DNA of 64,000 nt. Origin: an uncultured Gammaproteobacteria bacterium (lineage in GTDB: Bacteria; Pseudomonadota; Gammaproteobacteria; UBA9214). This document shows positions 19,190 through 29,393 of the stretch, in pieces. The stretch lies in contig CAVQJD010000011.1 in NCBI GenBank assembly GCA_963712695.1, forward strand, positions 5,336 through 69,335. The letters are read 5' to 3'. Both the position numbers and the translations under genes were made by a program. The notes below the pieces were generated by a model that did not search any database, was not told the DNA's origin, and worked only from the letters and a program-made list of their open reading frames with translations. Position 1 is the first letter of the stretch. Every line of letters starts with the position of its first letter.

Positions 19190-20841
19190 CCGCTGGTGAT
19201 CGGGTAACGCCGGTCACGGCCGAATGCCCGCCGGGTAATGCGTACGCCAGGCGGAGCCTGGCGGCGCTTGTATTCATTGCGATCGACCATGGCGGCGACG
19301 CGCGCCACTACCGTGGCCTCGTACCCGTCCGCCACTATGCGCTCGACACTCATGTCGCGCTCGATATAACGTTCCAGAATCGGATCCAGGATTGTGTAAG
19401 GTGGCAGACTGTCAGCGTCCTTCTGGTCAGGCGCCAGTTCCGCTGACGGCGGGCGCTCCAGCACACGCTGCGGAATCACCGCCGCCTGACTGTTGCGATA
19501 GCTTGCCAGGCGGTACACCAGCAGCTTTGGCACATCCTTGAGCGGCGCGAAACCGCCTGCCATGTCCCCGTACAGGGTTGCGTAGCCAACTGACATCTCG
19601 CTCTTGTTACCGGTCGTCAGCAGGATGCGGCGTTGCTTGTTCGAGATCGCCATCAGGATGATACCGCGGCAGCGGGCCTGGATGTTTTCCTCGGTCGTGT
19701 CCGTAGCCAGGCCTGTAAACGCCGGCGCCAGCACCGCCAGAAAACTCTCGAACGGCTGCTCAATGGAGATTTCCCTGTAATGCACACCCAGTGCCGTGGC
19801 CTCGGCGCGCGCATCCTCAAGACTCATCGGCGCCGTAAAGCGTGACGGCAGCATAACCGCCGCCACCTGCTCCGCGCCGATGGCATCTACCGCCAGCGTC
19901 AGGGTCAGCGCCGAATCGATTCCACCGGACAGGCCGAGTACCGCACCGTCGAAACCGTTCTTGCGGATGTAGTCGCGCACCCCCAGCACCAGCACGTCAT
20001 ACACGGCGGCTTCCAGTGACAGACGCGGCGCGCAGCCGGCAGGAACCGGTACCACGCGCGCGCCTGCGGTGATATCCACCGGGTACAGTCCTTCGACACA
20101 GGCCGGCGCATGCTGTGTCACCGTACCCTGTGCATCGACAACGAACGAACCACCGTCAAACACCAGCTCGTCCTGGCCACCGACCAGGTTGACATAAACG
20201 ATGGGCAGGCCGTTCTCGCGCGCGCGCAACGCGAGCACCTGTTCGCGCTCGTCACGCTTGCCGGCGTGAAACGGCGAGGCATTCAGATTGACCAACAACC
20301 GTGCACCCGCTGCCGCGGCCTGCTGCGCCGGGCCGGCCTGCCAGATATCCTCGCAGATGGTGACGCCGACCGGGATCTCGCCGCACGTGACGACGCAGGG
20401 CTGCGCGCCCGGCGTGAAATAGCGCTTTTCGTCGAACACGCCGTAGTTGGGCAGAATTTCCTTTTGATACTGCGCGACGATGCGGCCATCGCGAATCACC
20501 AGCGCGGCATTGTACAACAGCGTGCCTTCCTGCAAGGGACAGCCGACGATTGCCGTGATGCCACTGATCATGCGACACAGGCGCTCGATCCCGGTCTGTA
20601 CGTGCTCCATGAAATGTGGGCGGAACAGCAGATCCTCCGGCGGATAACCGGTCAGCGCCAGCTCGGGAAAGATCACCACATCGGCCGCGTGTGTATCGCG
20701 CGCCGCGTTGCAGGCATCTATTATCCTGCGCGCATTCGCGGGGATGGCACCGACCAGGAAGTCGAGTTGCGCCATGACGATGCGGAGGCCTTTGGTTTTT
20801 TTTTCGATTGATGCCATGGTTCGAGGGTCCTGTTGCTGCAT
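19159..20841 (-). CDS. nadE: Glutamine-dependent NAD+ synthetase
   Basis: 560 aa. An N-terminal CN-hydrolase domain (LRIVMAQLDFLVG...) is followed by an NAD-synthetase domain (GLSGGIDSALT PP-loop). The true start may be the internal MASIEKK (20817). The 3' end overlaps the bamD 3' end by 31 bp. Confidence 0.92.
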   Translation of the reverse strand: MQQQDPRTMASIEKKTKGLRIVMAQLDFLVGAIPANARRIIDACNAARDTHAADVVIFPELALTGYPPEDLLFRPHFMEHVQTGIERLCRMISGITAIVGCPLQEGTLLYNAALVIRDGRIVAQYQKEILPNYGVFDEKRYFTPGAQPCVVTCGEIPVGVTICEDIWQAGPAQQAAAAGARLLVNLNASPFHAGKRDEREQVLALRARENGLPIVYVNLVGGQDELVFDGGSFVVDAQGTVTQHAPACVEGLYPVDITAGARVVPVPAGCAPRLSLEAAVYDVLVLGVRDYIRKNGFDGAVLGLSGGIDSALTLTLAVDAIGAEQVAAVMLPSRFTAPMSLEDARAEATALGVHYREISIEQPFESFLAVLAPAFTGLATDTTEENIQARCRGIILMAISNKQRRILLTTGNKSEMSVGYATLYGDMAGGFAPLKDVPKLLVYRLASYRNSQAAVIPQRVLERPPSAELAPDQKDADSLPPYTILDPILERYIERDMSVERIVADGYEATVVARVAAMVDRNEYKRRQAPPGVRITRRAFGRDRRYPITSGYQNSQNGDD

Positions 20842-20998
20842 GGGATCTCTGCAGGCAGATCATTATAGTTTAGCCACATGTTTCGCCTTTCTTTTGGGTA
20901 CTTTCTCTTGGGCACGCAAGAGAAAGTAACTCGCCTGAAAAGGCGCAACCAGGAAATCAGGAAAATGAACTGCCTAGATATAGCCATCCGAGAAAGGA

Positions 20999-21867
<869 letters not shown>

Positions 21868-21871
<4 letters not shown>

Positions 21872-23037
21872 GCCGCGCTGCTGCCCCGTGCCGCGGCAAC
21901 CACCTTGTCCGCCGCCTCGGCCAGATCGCTGGCCGTTTCCACCGCCAGGCTGGAATGCTCGATCAGCGCCAGCCCGGCCCTGGCATTGGTGCCCTCCAGA
22001 CGCACCACCACCGGCACCTTGATTTCGACTTCCGTGATGGCCTGCAGGATACCCTCGGCAATCAGGTCGCAACGAACAATGCCGCCAAAGATGTTTACCA
22101 GGATCGCCTCGACCTGGTGATCTGACAGGATGATCTTGAACGCCTCGGCGACCTTGCCCGCAGTCGCACCGCCGCCAACATCGAGGAAATTGGCCGGCGC
22201 GCCGCCGTGCAGCTTGATAATGTCCATGGTTGCCATGGCAAGACCGGCACCGTTCACCATGCAGGCAATGTTGCCAGTCAGGCGGATGTAGTTTAAGCCG
22301 TGTTGCTGGGCGATATTTTCGCGCGCATCCTGCTGGCTGGCATCGCGCAGCGCGGCCAGTTGCGCATGACGGAACAGCGCGTTGTCATCGATATCGAGCT
22401 TGGCATCCAGTGCCAGCAATTCCCCGGCACCGGTCACAACCAGGGGGTTGATCTCCAGCAAACTGGCATCGCAGGCAAACACCAGCCGGCTGGCAGCATC
22501 GAGCAGCCTGGCAAAGGCGCCGATCTGGTTGCCCTGCAGACCGAGGCCGAAGGCGAGATTGCGCGACTGGAAACCCTGCAGGCCGACCGCGGGGTTGACG
22601 ATCTCGGTGAGGATCGCGGTCGGGTGGGAGGCGGCAACCTCCTCGATATTCATACCGCCGGCGGCGGATGCCATCAGCATGACGCGCTCGCGAGTCCTGT
22701 CCACCAGGATACTGAAGTAGATTTCGCGCGCGATGTCGACGGTTTGCTCGACCAGTACGCTGTTGACAGGCAGACCCGCCGTATCGGTTTGCCGGGTCAC
22801 CAGCCGGCTGCCGAGCAGTGCACTGACCGCATCGGCGAGTTCCGCACGGTTGCTAACCAGCCGCACGCCACCGCCCTTGCCGCGACCACCGGCGTGTACC
22901 TGGGCCTTCACGACCCATGCGCCGGAACCGGCGGCGACACTACCGAGGTCTTCACTGCGGGTAATCAGCCGGCCATCGGGAACTGGTATGCCGTACTCGG
23001 CAAACAGGTGCTTGGCCTGGTATTCGTGCAGATGCAT
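21868..23037 (-). CDS. sucC: Succinyl-CoA synthetase beta subunit
   Basis: The start is set at [20 protein letters not shown] (389 aa). ATP-grasp domain plus [13 protein letters not shown] and [10 protein letters not shown] motifs. Confidence 0.95.
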
Positions 23038-23179
23038 GGGAGAAGTGTGGCAAACCTTGACGGGTTTGATCAAGTAATACCTGATCGGCATTACACGCCA
23101 CCGGTTTAAAGGTAGTATCATCACCGGTAACTGCTGACATGGCATGGCGACATGCACCCTGCAACCCGAACCGAATACA

Positions 23180-23401
23180 ATGCGTACCCTGCTCATCTTC
23201 ATTGCACTCGCGCTGTTCGTTATGATCGGCAGACAATTGCTGCTTAAACCGCGCAGCACCCGTCGCAGGCGCAGTATGACCGGCAAGATGGTCCCCTGCG
23301 CAAGCTGCGGCATCTACATCCCGGAAAACGAGGCCTTCGAACGGGATGGACGCCTTTATTGCTCCAGGGAACACCGTGACGCAGCACATGACAGATCATG
23401 A
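23180..23401 (+). CDS. PP0621-family small membrane/zinc-binding protein that commonly precedes pilS
   Basis: 73 aa from MRTLLIFIALALFVMIG (TM). A basic stretch and MVPCASCGIYIPENEAFERDGRLYCSREH (CxxC...C...H) follow. 4-nt overlap with the pilS start. Confidence 0.7.
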   Translation: MRTLLIFIALALFVMIGRQLLLKPRSTRRRRSMTGKMVPCASCGIYIPENEAFERDGRLYCSREHRDAAHDRS

Positions 23402-25077
23402 CTGCAGCTGACAGCATGGAAGGCAGCCTGCCTGAAGGCCTTGGCGCGGATGTGAGCAGGGCCGTCATGCATGACAGACCGGCGTGGAAGCCCCTGCGCC
23501 TGCTGACATTTTACCGCCTGACACTTGCAGGACTGCTGACGGTCCTGTACCTCACCATCAGCGTTGACACTTCGCTCGGCATGGAAGCGCCGGGTTTGTA
23601 CGGACTCACCTGTATCGGTTACCTGCTGTTCAGCCTGCTCGCGGGATTCGCCGCGCGCCTGCGCTGGCCTGGCTACGAGCTGCAGGCGATCAGCCAGATC
23701 TTTATCGACATCGGCGTCATCACGGTACTCATCCATGCCAGCGGCGGCCTCGCCAGCGGCCTGGGCATCCTGCTGATCATCGCGGTTGCCACCGGCAGTA
23801 TCCTGTTCCCCGGACGCCTGGCATTCATGTTTGCAGCCGTGGCTACCCTCGCGGCCATGGGCGAGCAGTTCTACAGCCAGCTGTTGCAGGGCGTTTCCAG
23901 CAGCAGTGGTTACACGCAGGTCGGACTGGTGGGTATCGCGCTGTTTGCAAGCGCGGGGGTGACCAACCTGCTGGCACGCAGGATCAGGGAGAGCGAATCG
24001 CTGGCACGTCGCCGCGCCGTCGATCTCGCCAACCTCGCCCGGCTCAATGCCCATATCGTGCAGCGTCTGCAGGCCGGCATTATCGTCACCGACCATCACC
24101 ACAACATTCTCCTGATCAACGACACCGCACGCAAACTCCTCCATACGCCGGGCACCCATAATGGCGAACCGCTGGCAAAACTGTCTCCCGCACTTTTCGG
24201 GAAACTGCTGGATTGGCAGCGGGCACCGGCAAGCCAGCCCAGCCTACTCAGGAATGAAGGACATGCGGCCAGCATTCTGCCGCAGTTTACCCGCCTGGAT
24301 TCGTCGAGCGGACCGGGGGCTCTGATTTTCCTGGAGGATATGGCCGCCATGGAAAAACAGGCTCAGCAAATCAAGCTGGCCTCACTGGGACGCCTTACTG
24401 CCAGCATTGCGCACGAAATCAGGAATCCACTCGGTGCGATCAGTCATGCCGCACAACTGCTGAACGAACAGAATGTTCTGGCAGCGGAGGATCGCCGTCT
24501 GACGACCATCATCGGTGATAACGCAGCGCGGGTGAACGGCATCGTGGAAAACATCCTGCAGCTGTCGCGCCCGAAGTTGTCGATGCCACAAATTCTTCGC
24601 CTCGATGACTGGCTGAGGAAATTCACCGGGGAATTCTCGCACAGCGGCAATACACGACAAGCGCAGATCAGCTATTCGGTTACACCACCGGATACTGAAA
24701 TCTGCATGGATCCCAGCCTGTTACACCAGGTGGTCTGGAATCTGTGTCAGAATGCAATTCATCACAACCGCACAGCAGAAGCTGTCCAGCTGCAACTGGT
24801 CGCAGGACCCGGCGCTACCCCAGGGACGGTACACCTTGATATCATTGATAACGGTCCCGGTGTCGAGCCTGACATGACTGACAAGATATTCGAGCCTTTC
24901 TTCACCACACACAGCAGCGGCACCGGCCTGGGTCTGTATATTGCGCGTGAAATCTGCGAGAGTAACGGCGCAAATCTCGAATACCGCCCGGTTGCGCAGG
25001 GCGGCAGCTGTTTTCGCATCAGCTTCCCGGCCAATCCGGGATTGGCCACCGGCGCGGCAGTCGCGCAGAACCGTTGA
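23398..25077 (+). CDS. pilS: Type IV pilus two-component sensor histidine kinase PilS
   Basis: 559 aa. It has six N-terminal TM helices, a PAS-like region, the H-box LTASIAHEIRNPL, and N/G boxes (NLCQNAIHH, DNGPGV, GTGLGLYIARE). It lies immediately upstream of pilR. Confidence 0.9.
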   Translation: MTAADSMEGSLPEGLGADVSRAVMHDRPAWKPLRLLTFYRLTLAGLLTVLYLTISVDTSLGMEAPGLYGLTCIGYLLFSLLAGFAARLRWPGYELQAISQIFIDIGVITVLIHASGGLASGLGILLIIAVATGSILFPGRLAFMFAAVATLAAMGEQFYSQLLQGVSSSSGYTQVGLVGIALFASAGVTNLLARRIRESESLARRRAVDLANLARLNAHIVQRLQAGIIVTDHHHNILLINDTARKLLHTPGTHNGEPLAKLSPALFGKLLDWQRAPASQPSLLRNEGHAASILPQFTRLDSSSGPGALIFLEDMAAMEKQAQQIKLASLGRLTASIAHEIRNPLGAISHAAQLLNEQNVLAAEDRRLTTIIGDNAARVNGIVENILQLSRPKLSMPQILRLDDWLRKFTGEFSHSGNTRQAQISYSVTPPDTEICMDPSLLHQVVWNLCQNAIHHNRTAEAVQLQLVAGPGATPGTVHLDIIDNGPGVEPDMTDKIFEPFFTTHSSGTGLGLYIAREICESNGANLEYRPVAQGGSCFRISFPANPGLATGAAVAQNR

Positions 25078-26432
25078 TGAGTAATCCACTGGCCCTGGTC
25101 GTCGATGACGAGCCCGACATCCGCGAACTGCTCGAGTTGACACTGGGCCGGATGAATATCGACGCCCGCAGCGCGGCAAACTTCGCGCAGGCCCGCTCAT
25201 TGCTGGAGAGCACGGATTTTGATATCTGCCTTACCGACATGCGACTGCCGGATGGTGATGGCCTGGACCTGGTCCGCTATATACAGGAACACTCGCCGGA
25301 GTTGCCGGTTGCCGTGATCACCGCCTATGGCAGTATGGATACCGCGGTGGAGGCACTCAAGGCCGGTGCCTTTGACTTCATTTCAAAACCCGTCAACCTG
25401 AATGTTCTGCGCAATCTCATCACCAGCGTTCTGAAGTTGTCGGACGACAGCAACCAGCGCGAGCGGCGCAGCCGTGACACGCTGCTGGGCGATTCAGCAG
25501 CCATGCGCAGCATCCGCTCCACCATCGAAAAGCTGTCGCGCAGCCAGGCCCCGATCTACATCTGCGGCGAATCCGGCACCGGCAAGGAGCTGGTGGCCAA
25601 GCTGATTCACAGCAAGGGTCCGCGCGCCGATCGACCGTTCGTACCTGTTAACTGTGGCGCCATCCCTTCCGAACTCATGGAAAGCGAGTTCTTCGGTCAT
25701 CGCAAGGGCAGCTTCACCGGCGCCACCAGCGACAAGGATGGACTGTTCCAGGTCGCCGCCGGCGGGACGCTGTTTCTCGATGAAGTTGCAGAACTGCCCC
25801 TGCATATGCAAGTCAAGCTGCTGCGCGCGATACAGGAAAAGGCCGTGCGACCGGTGGGTGCGCAACGCGAGATGGCCACCGATGTCCGCATTCTCTCTGC
25901 CACGCACAAGGATCTGGCCGAGCTGGTGGCCGGCGGACAGTTCCGGCAGGATCTCTACTATCGTCTGAATGTCATTCAGCTCAAGGTACCACCGCTGCGC
26001 GAGCGCAGTGAGGATATCGCCATGCTGGCCGGTCACTTCCTGCATAAGCTGGCACTCCAGAATGCACAGCCCGATCTCGCCCTTAGTGAAGACGCATTGC
26101 AGGCCCTGACCAGCTATACTTTCCCCGGCAATGTCCGGGAACTGGAAAACATACTCGAGCGTGCCACCACCCTGTGCGAGGGCAATATCATCAGCCGCGC
26201 AGACCTGCATCTGCCGATGACCGGCTCCATTGCCGGTGTTGGCGACGGTGATCGCTCACGGGTAGTGGAGCCCGGCGCGGTACCGCTGGATACCTATATG
26301 GACAGCATTGAAAAGGACGTGCTGATCAAGGCGCTGGAGCAGACACGCTATAACAAGACAGCAGCCGCCAAAAAGCTGGGTATCACGTTTCGTGCGCTGC
26401 GTTACCGGCTCAAGAAGCTGGGGCTTGACTAG
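25074..26432 (+). CDS. pilR: Sigma54-dependent response regulator PilR (NtrC family)
   Basis: 452 aa. It has a receiver domain (LVVDDEPDIRE...DMRLPDGDG), an AAA+ sigma54-interaction domain (GESGTGKE, GAFTGA-like GSFTGA, ESEFFGH), and a C-terminal Fis-type HTH. Confidence 0.93.
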   Translation: MMSNPLALVVDDEPDIRELLELTLGRMNIDARSAANFAQARSLLESTDFDICLTDMRLPDGDGLDLVRYIQEHSPELPVAVITAYGSMDTAVEALKAGAFDFISKPVNLNVLRNLITSVLKLSDDSNQRERRSRDTLLGDSAAMRSIRSTIEKLSRSQAPIYICGESGTGKELVAKLIHSKGPRADRPFVPVNCGAIPSELMESEFFGHRKGSFTGATSDKDGLFQVAAGGTLFLDEVAELPLHMQVKLLRAIQEKAVRPVGAQREMATDVRILSATHKDLAELVAGGQFRQDLYYRLNVIQLKVPPLRERSEDIAMLAGHFLHKLALQNAQPDLALSEDALQALTSYTFPGNVRELENILERATTLCEGNIISRADLHLPMTGSIAGVGDGDRSRVVEPGAVPLDTYMDSIEKDVLIKALEQTRYNKTAAAKKLGITFRALRYRLKKLGLD

Positions 26433-26490
26433 CTACATGGCCCGGGCATTATGAACGATCGTGCAGAGGGAACTACTGCTCACATAATCC

Positions 26491-26577
26491 GTGTCACATT
26501 GTGACACTCTTCGTCACAATGTGACCTGACTTGTGAGACCGATTGCCATTTTTCTACGAGAAAGACGTTGTCACAAG
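26491..26577. promoter_or_regulatory. Cluster of TGT(C/G)ACA heptamers and palindromes; candidate PilR enhancer (UAS) for pilA
   Basis: gTGTCACAtTGTGACAc (26491-26507), GTCACAaTGTGAC (26513-25), TTGTGAGA (26531-38), TTGTCACAA (26568-76). The published P. aeruginosa PilR sites contain a (C/G)TGTC core. Confidence 0.5.
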
Positions 26578-26702
26578 CAGGCTCACAGAACCTGAATGAA
26601 TCGACGTCAGCTTACGCAATAATATGTAAATTACTGTATTTATTTTAATTAATTGCGCGTCATAATCAATTTGCGCACCGCAGTCCGGCGAGCGGCAAAA
26701 AA

Positions 26703-26719
26703 CTGGCACGGAAAATGAA
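26703..26719 (+). promoter_or_regulatory. Sigma54 promoter candidate A for pilA (perfect -24 CTGGCACG, poor -12)
   Basis: CTGGCACGGAAAATGAA. The -24 element matches YTGGCACG, but the -12 position reads TGA instead of TGC. It lies about 115 nt upstream of the pilA ATG. Confidence 0.35.
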
Positions 26720-26772
26720 TGTGTATCCCCAGCCAAAGAATCCGGGCAACCGTCCGATACAAGGCTGGCAGG

Positions 26773-26789
26773 TGGCTCGGATCGGGCAA
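26773..26789 (+). promoter_or_regulatory. Sigma54 promoter candidate B for pilA (GG-N10-GC spacing satisfied)
   Basis: TGGCTCGGATCGGGCAA has GG at 26774-75 and GC at 26786-87. It lies about 45 nt upstream of the ATG. Both elements are imperfect relative to TGGCAC-N5-TTGCA. Confidence 0.35.
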
Positions 26790-26834
26790 CCAAACAACTT
26801 GTTACCATCGTCCATGTACATAAGAGGAAACACC

Positions 26835-27269
26835 ATGAAACTGCAAAAAGGTTTTACCCTGATCGAACTTATGATCGTTATCGCGATCATCGGCATCCTG
26901 GCCGCCATCGCGCTGCCTGCTTACCAGGACTACACTGTGCGAAGCAAGGTGTCCGAAGGCCTGAACATGGTTGGTGCGGCCAAGTTGGCTGTCGCCGAGA
27001 CCTATGACAGTACCGGCGGTTTCGTTGCCAACAATGTTTCCTATGGTATGCCGGCCGCAGCCAGTATCTCGGGCACCTATGTATCGACAATTGCTGCCGC
27101 TGGTCAGACGATCACGATCACCTATAAAGCAACAGGCGTAGGTGGTAATCCGACCGCCAACGGTGGCACCATCTTCATAGTGGCCACCACGAACACCGGT
27201 TCGGTTGAGTGGGACTGCACGACAGGCACCATGCCTGCCAAGTACCGTCCGGCCAACTGCCGTCCGTAA
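26835..27269 (+). CDS. pilA: Type IVa major pilin PilA
   Basis: The start is set at [33 protein letters not shown] (6-aa leader, cleavage after Gly, N-terminal Phe). A C-terminal disulfide loop is present (C...C in [19 protein letters not shown]). RBS AAGAGGA lies 6 nt upstream. 144 aa. Confidence 0.95.
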   Translation: MKLQKGFTLIELMIVIAIIGILAAIALPAYQDYTVRSKVSEGLNMVGAAKLAVAETYDSTGGFVANNVSYGMPAAASISGTYVSTIAAAGQTITITYKATGVGGNPTANGGTIFIVATTNTGSVEWDCTTGTMPAKYRPANCRP

Positions 27270-27290
27270 TACGTAGACTCGTGCAATTCG

Positions 27291-27320
27291 AACGCCCCAC
27301 CTCGTGTGGGGCGTTTTTAT
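27291..27320 (+). terminator. Rho-independent terminator after pilA
   Basis: Stem aacgccccac / [14 protein letters not shown] a 5-nt loop, followed by TTTTATTT. Confidence 0.85.
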
Positions 27321-27404
27321 TTGATCGGTATGGATGCGACGTTACACTGCCATACCATGCCACACACGCCGTCACACTGGAGCTGACACGCACATTCCGC
27401 CACC

Positions 27405-29393
27405 ATGACAGCTAGACCCGCTTTAGTTACCCAGTCATTACTGCTCGCGGCGCTCTGCCTGCTTGCCATTGCTGCCTACCTGCCGGGCCTGTCCGGCGAC
27501 TACATGTTCGACGACATGCCCAACCTGCTGAATAACTACAGGTTGCAGCTTGATGACCTTGATTATGACACGCTGCACAGTGCTGCCTACTCCTCAGGCG
27601 CCGGCCTGTTCCGGCGCCCGATCAGCATGGTCACGTTCGCGCTGAACCGCTATTTTTATGGAACCTCGCCATGGTCTTTCAAGGTTACCAACCTGGCCAT
27701 TCATCTCCTGACCGGCATCGGCATTTTTCTGCTGGTACGTCTGCTGATCGAAAGTTACCGGACACTGTTCAGGTCGGGTCTTTCCGGGCGGGCCGCATTC
27801 TGGTTGCCGGTCATCATATCTGGCCTCTGGCTGGTACACCCGCTCAACCTGACCCCGGTGCTGTACATCGTACAGCGCATGACCAGCCTGGCAGCGATGT
27901 TCACTGTATTCGGACTCTGCCTGTATACCGCGGGACGCCAGCGCATGCTCGCCGGCAGGCATGGCATAGCGCATGTCCTCACCGGCTTCGCGCTGTTCGG
28001 GGCGCTCGCCACGCTAAGCAAGGAGACCGGCGTGTTGATGCCCCTGTATATGCTGGTCATCGAGATCAGCCTGTTCCGTTTTCGCAACCAGGATGGCTCA
28101 CGCAGCAAATTCGTCACTGCGCTGTTTGTTACTGCCATCCTGATTCCGCTGGGCCTGTTCCTGGCCGTCCTGGTAATCAACCCCGAATCGGTACTGAATT
28201 ACCACAGCCGCAACTTCACTCTCCTCGAACGGGTCCTGACCGAGTCGCGCGTTCTGGTGTTTTACCTGAAGCTGATCATCATGCCCTCGATTAACGAACT
28301 GGGCCTGTATCATGATGATATTGCATTGTCGCGCGGACTGCTCGACCCGCCCACCACTCTTTACTCGATGATCGCACTCAGTACATTGCTGGCCGCCGCC
28401 GGGATTGCACTGCTCAAATCGCGGCCTCTGGCGGGTCTTGGCGTCCTGTGGTTCTTTGCCGGGCACGCACTGGAATCGACCATCTTCCAGCTCGACATTG
28501 CCTATGAGCACAGAAACTACCTGGCCGACATGGGCATCCTGCTGGCAGTATGCACAATGGCAGCAGAGCTCCGGATTACACACGTGGCGCAGGTAACTAG
28601 AGCAATCATGCCGGTTTTCTTCCTGGCGGTCTTTACATACACCACCTGGCTGCGCGCCGGCCAATGGGGTAACAATGTTGACCACGCCTTCTATGAGGCG
28701 AGGCACCACCCCGATTCCTTTCTGGCTGTTTCTGCGGCCGCCCGCATATATGCCAGGCTGGCCCTACATTATCAACCTGGCGCCGCGGACAGTGCTTATG
28801 CATACCTGGCAAGGGCCAGTGAACTTGACGATTTCAGCATCCTGGTTGATGTCATCCGCATCAAGCTCAGCTATTTGCTTGACAGAACGGTCGAACCGGC
28901 CTGGTTTGACAATATCATGAAACGACTGAGTCAAGGTCCTATCAAGCCAACCCACATCGACAGCCTGCATGAACTGGCTAACTGCATCGGAATGGGTTGC
29001 GATATGCCGGTGGAGACGATGGAGCAGTTGTTTCAAACCGCACTGGACAATGACAGCCTTGATCACCTACCCGTACTGCATGCCGATTTGCTGAATGTCT
29101 ATAGCTACTTCACTATCAACAAGACCGGCGACTTCGAAAAGGGACGCGCTCTTTTCAGCCGCACCATCGAGCTGGACCCAAAAGAACCACAGCGCTGGAT
29201 CAATCTGACGCAACTGCTGATCGCCATGGAACGCTATGACGAGGCCGAACAACTGCTGGATAAATTCATAGCCTCCGATGTACATGGCAGTGTTGTACAT
29301 ATTGTGAATGATTTACAATTTGAAATTGATACCAAGCGCAAGGATACTGGCACATCGGCCTATCCGACACTTTCGGAAACCCTGCAACCATGA
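27405..29393 (+). CDS. Polytopic GT-C-type glycosyltransferase-like membrane protein with C-terminal TPR domain (TMTC/PMT-like; TfpW-like position next to pilA)
   Basis: 662 aa. About 400 aa of multiple TM helices carry an acidic first-loop motif, GDYMFDDMPNLLNN, resembling the FxFDD loop of TMTC/PMT protein O-glycosyltransferases. The C-terminal 230 aa or so are helical-repeat (TPR-like) soluble domain. Confidence 0.6.
   Translation: MTARPALVTQSLLLAALCLLAIAAYLPGLSGDYMFDDMPNLLNNYRLQLDDLDYDTLHSAAYSSGAGLFRRPISMVTFALNRYFYGTSPWSFKVTNLAIHLLTGIGIFLLVRLLIESYRTLFRSGLSGRAAFWLPVIISGLWLVHPLNLTPVLYIVQRMTSLAAMFTVFGLCLYTAGRQRMLAGRHGIAHVLTGFALFGALATLSKETGVLMPLYMLVIEISLFRFRNQDGSRSKFVTALFVTAILIPLGLFLAVLVINPESVLNYHSRNFTLLERVLTESRVLVFYLKLIIMPSINELGLYHDDIALSRGLLDPPTTLYSMIALSTLLAAAGIALLKSRPLAGLGVLWFFAGHALESTIFQLDIAYEHRNYLADMGILLAVCTMAAELRITHVAQVTRAIMPVFFLAVFTYTTWLRAGQWGNNVDHAFYEARHHPDSFLAVSAAARIYARLALHYQPGAADSAYAYLARASELDDFSILVDVIRIKLSYLLDRTVEPAWFDNIMKRLSQGPIKPTHIDSLHELANCIGMGCDMPVETMEQLFQTALDNDSLDHLPVLHADLLNVYSYFTINKTGDFEKGRALFSRTIELDPKEPQRWINLTQLLIAMERYDEAEQLLDKFIASDVHGSVVHIVNDLQFEIDTKRKDTGTSAYPTLSETLQP

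Noticed and set aside
20899-20928. 12-bp-stem hairpin (tactttctcttg ggcacg caagagaaagta) between sucD and nadE
   Set aside because: It could be the sucD terminator, but no U-tract follows on the minus strand, so the support is too weak to list as a feature.
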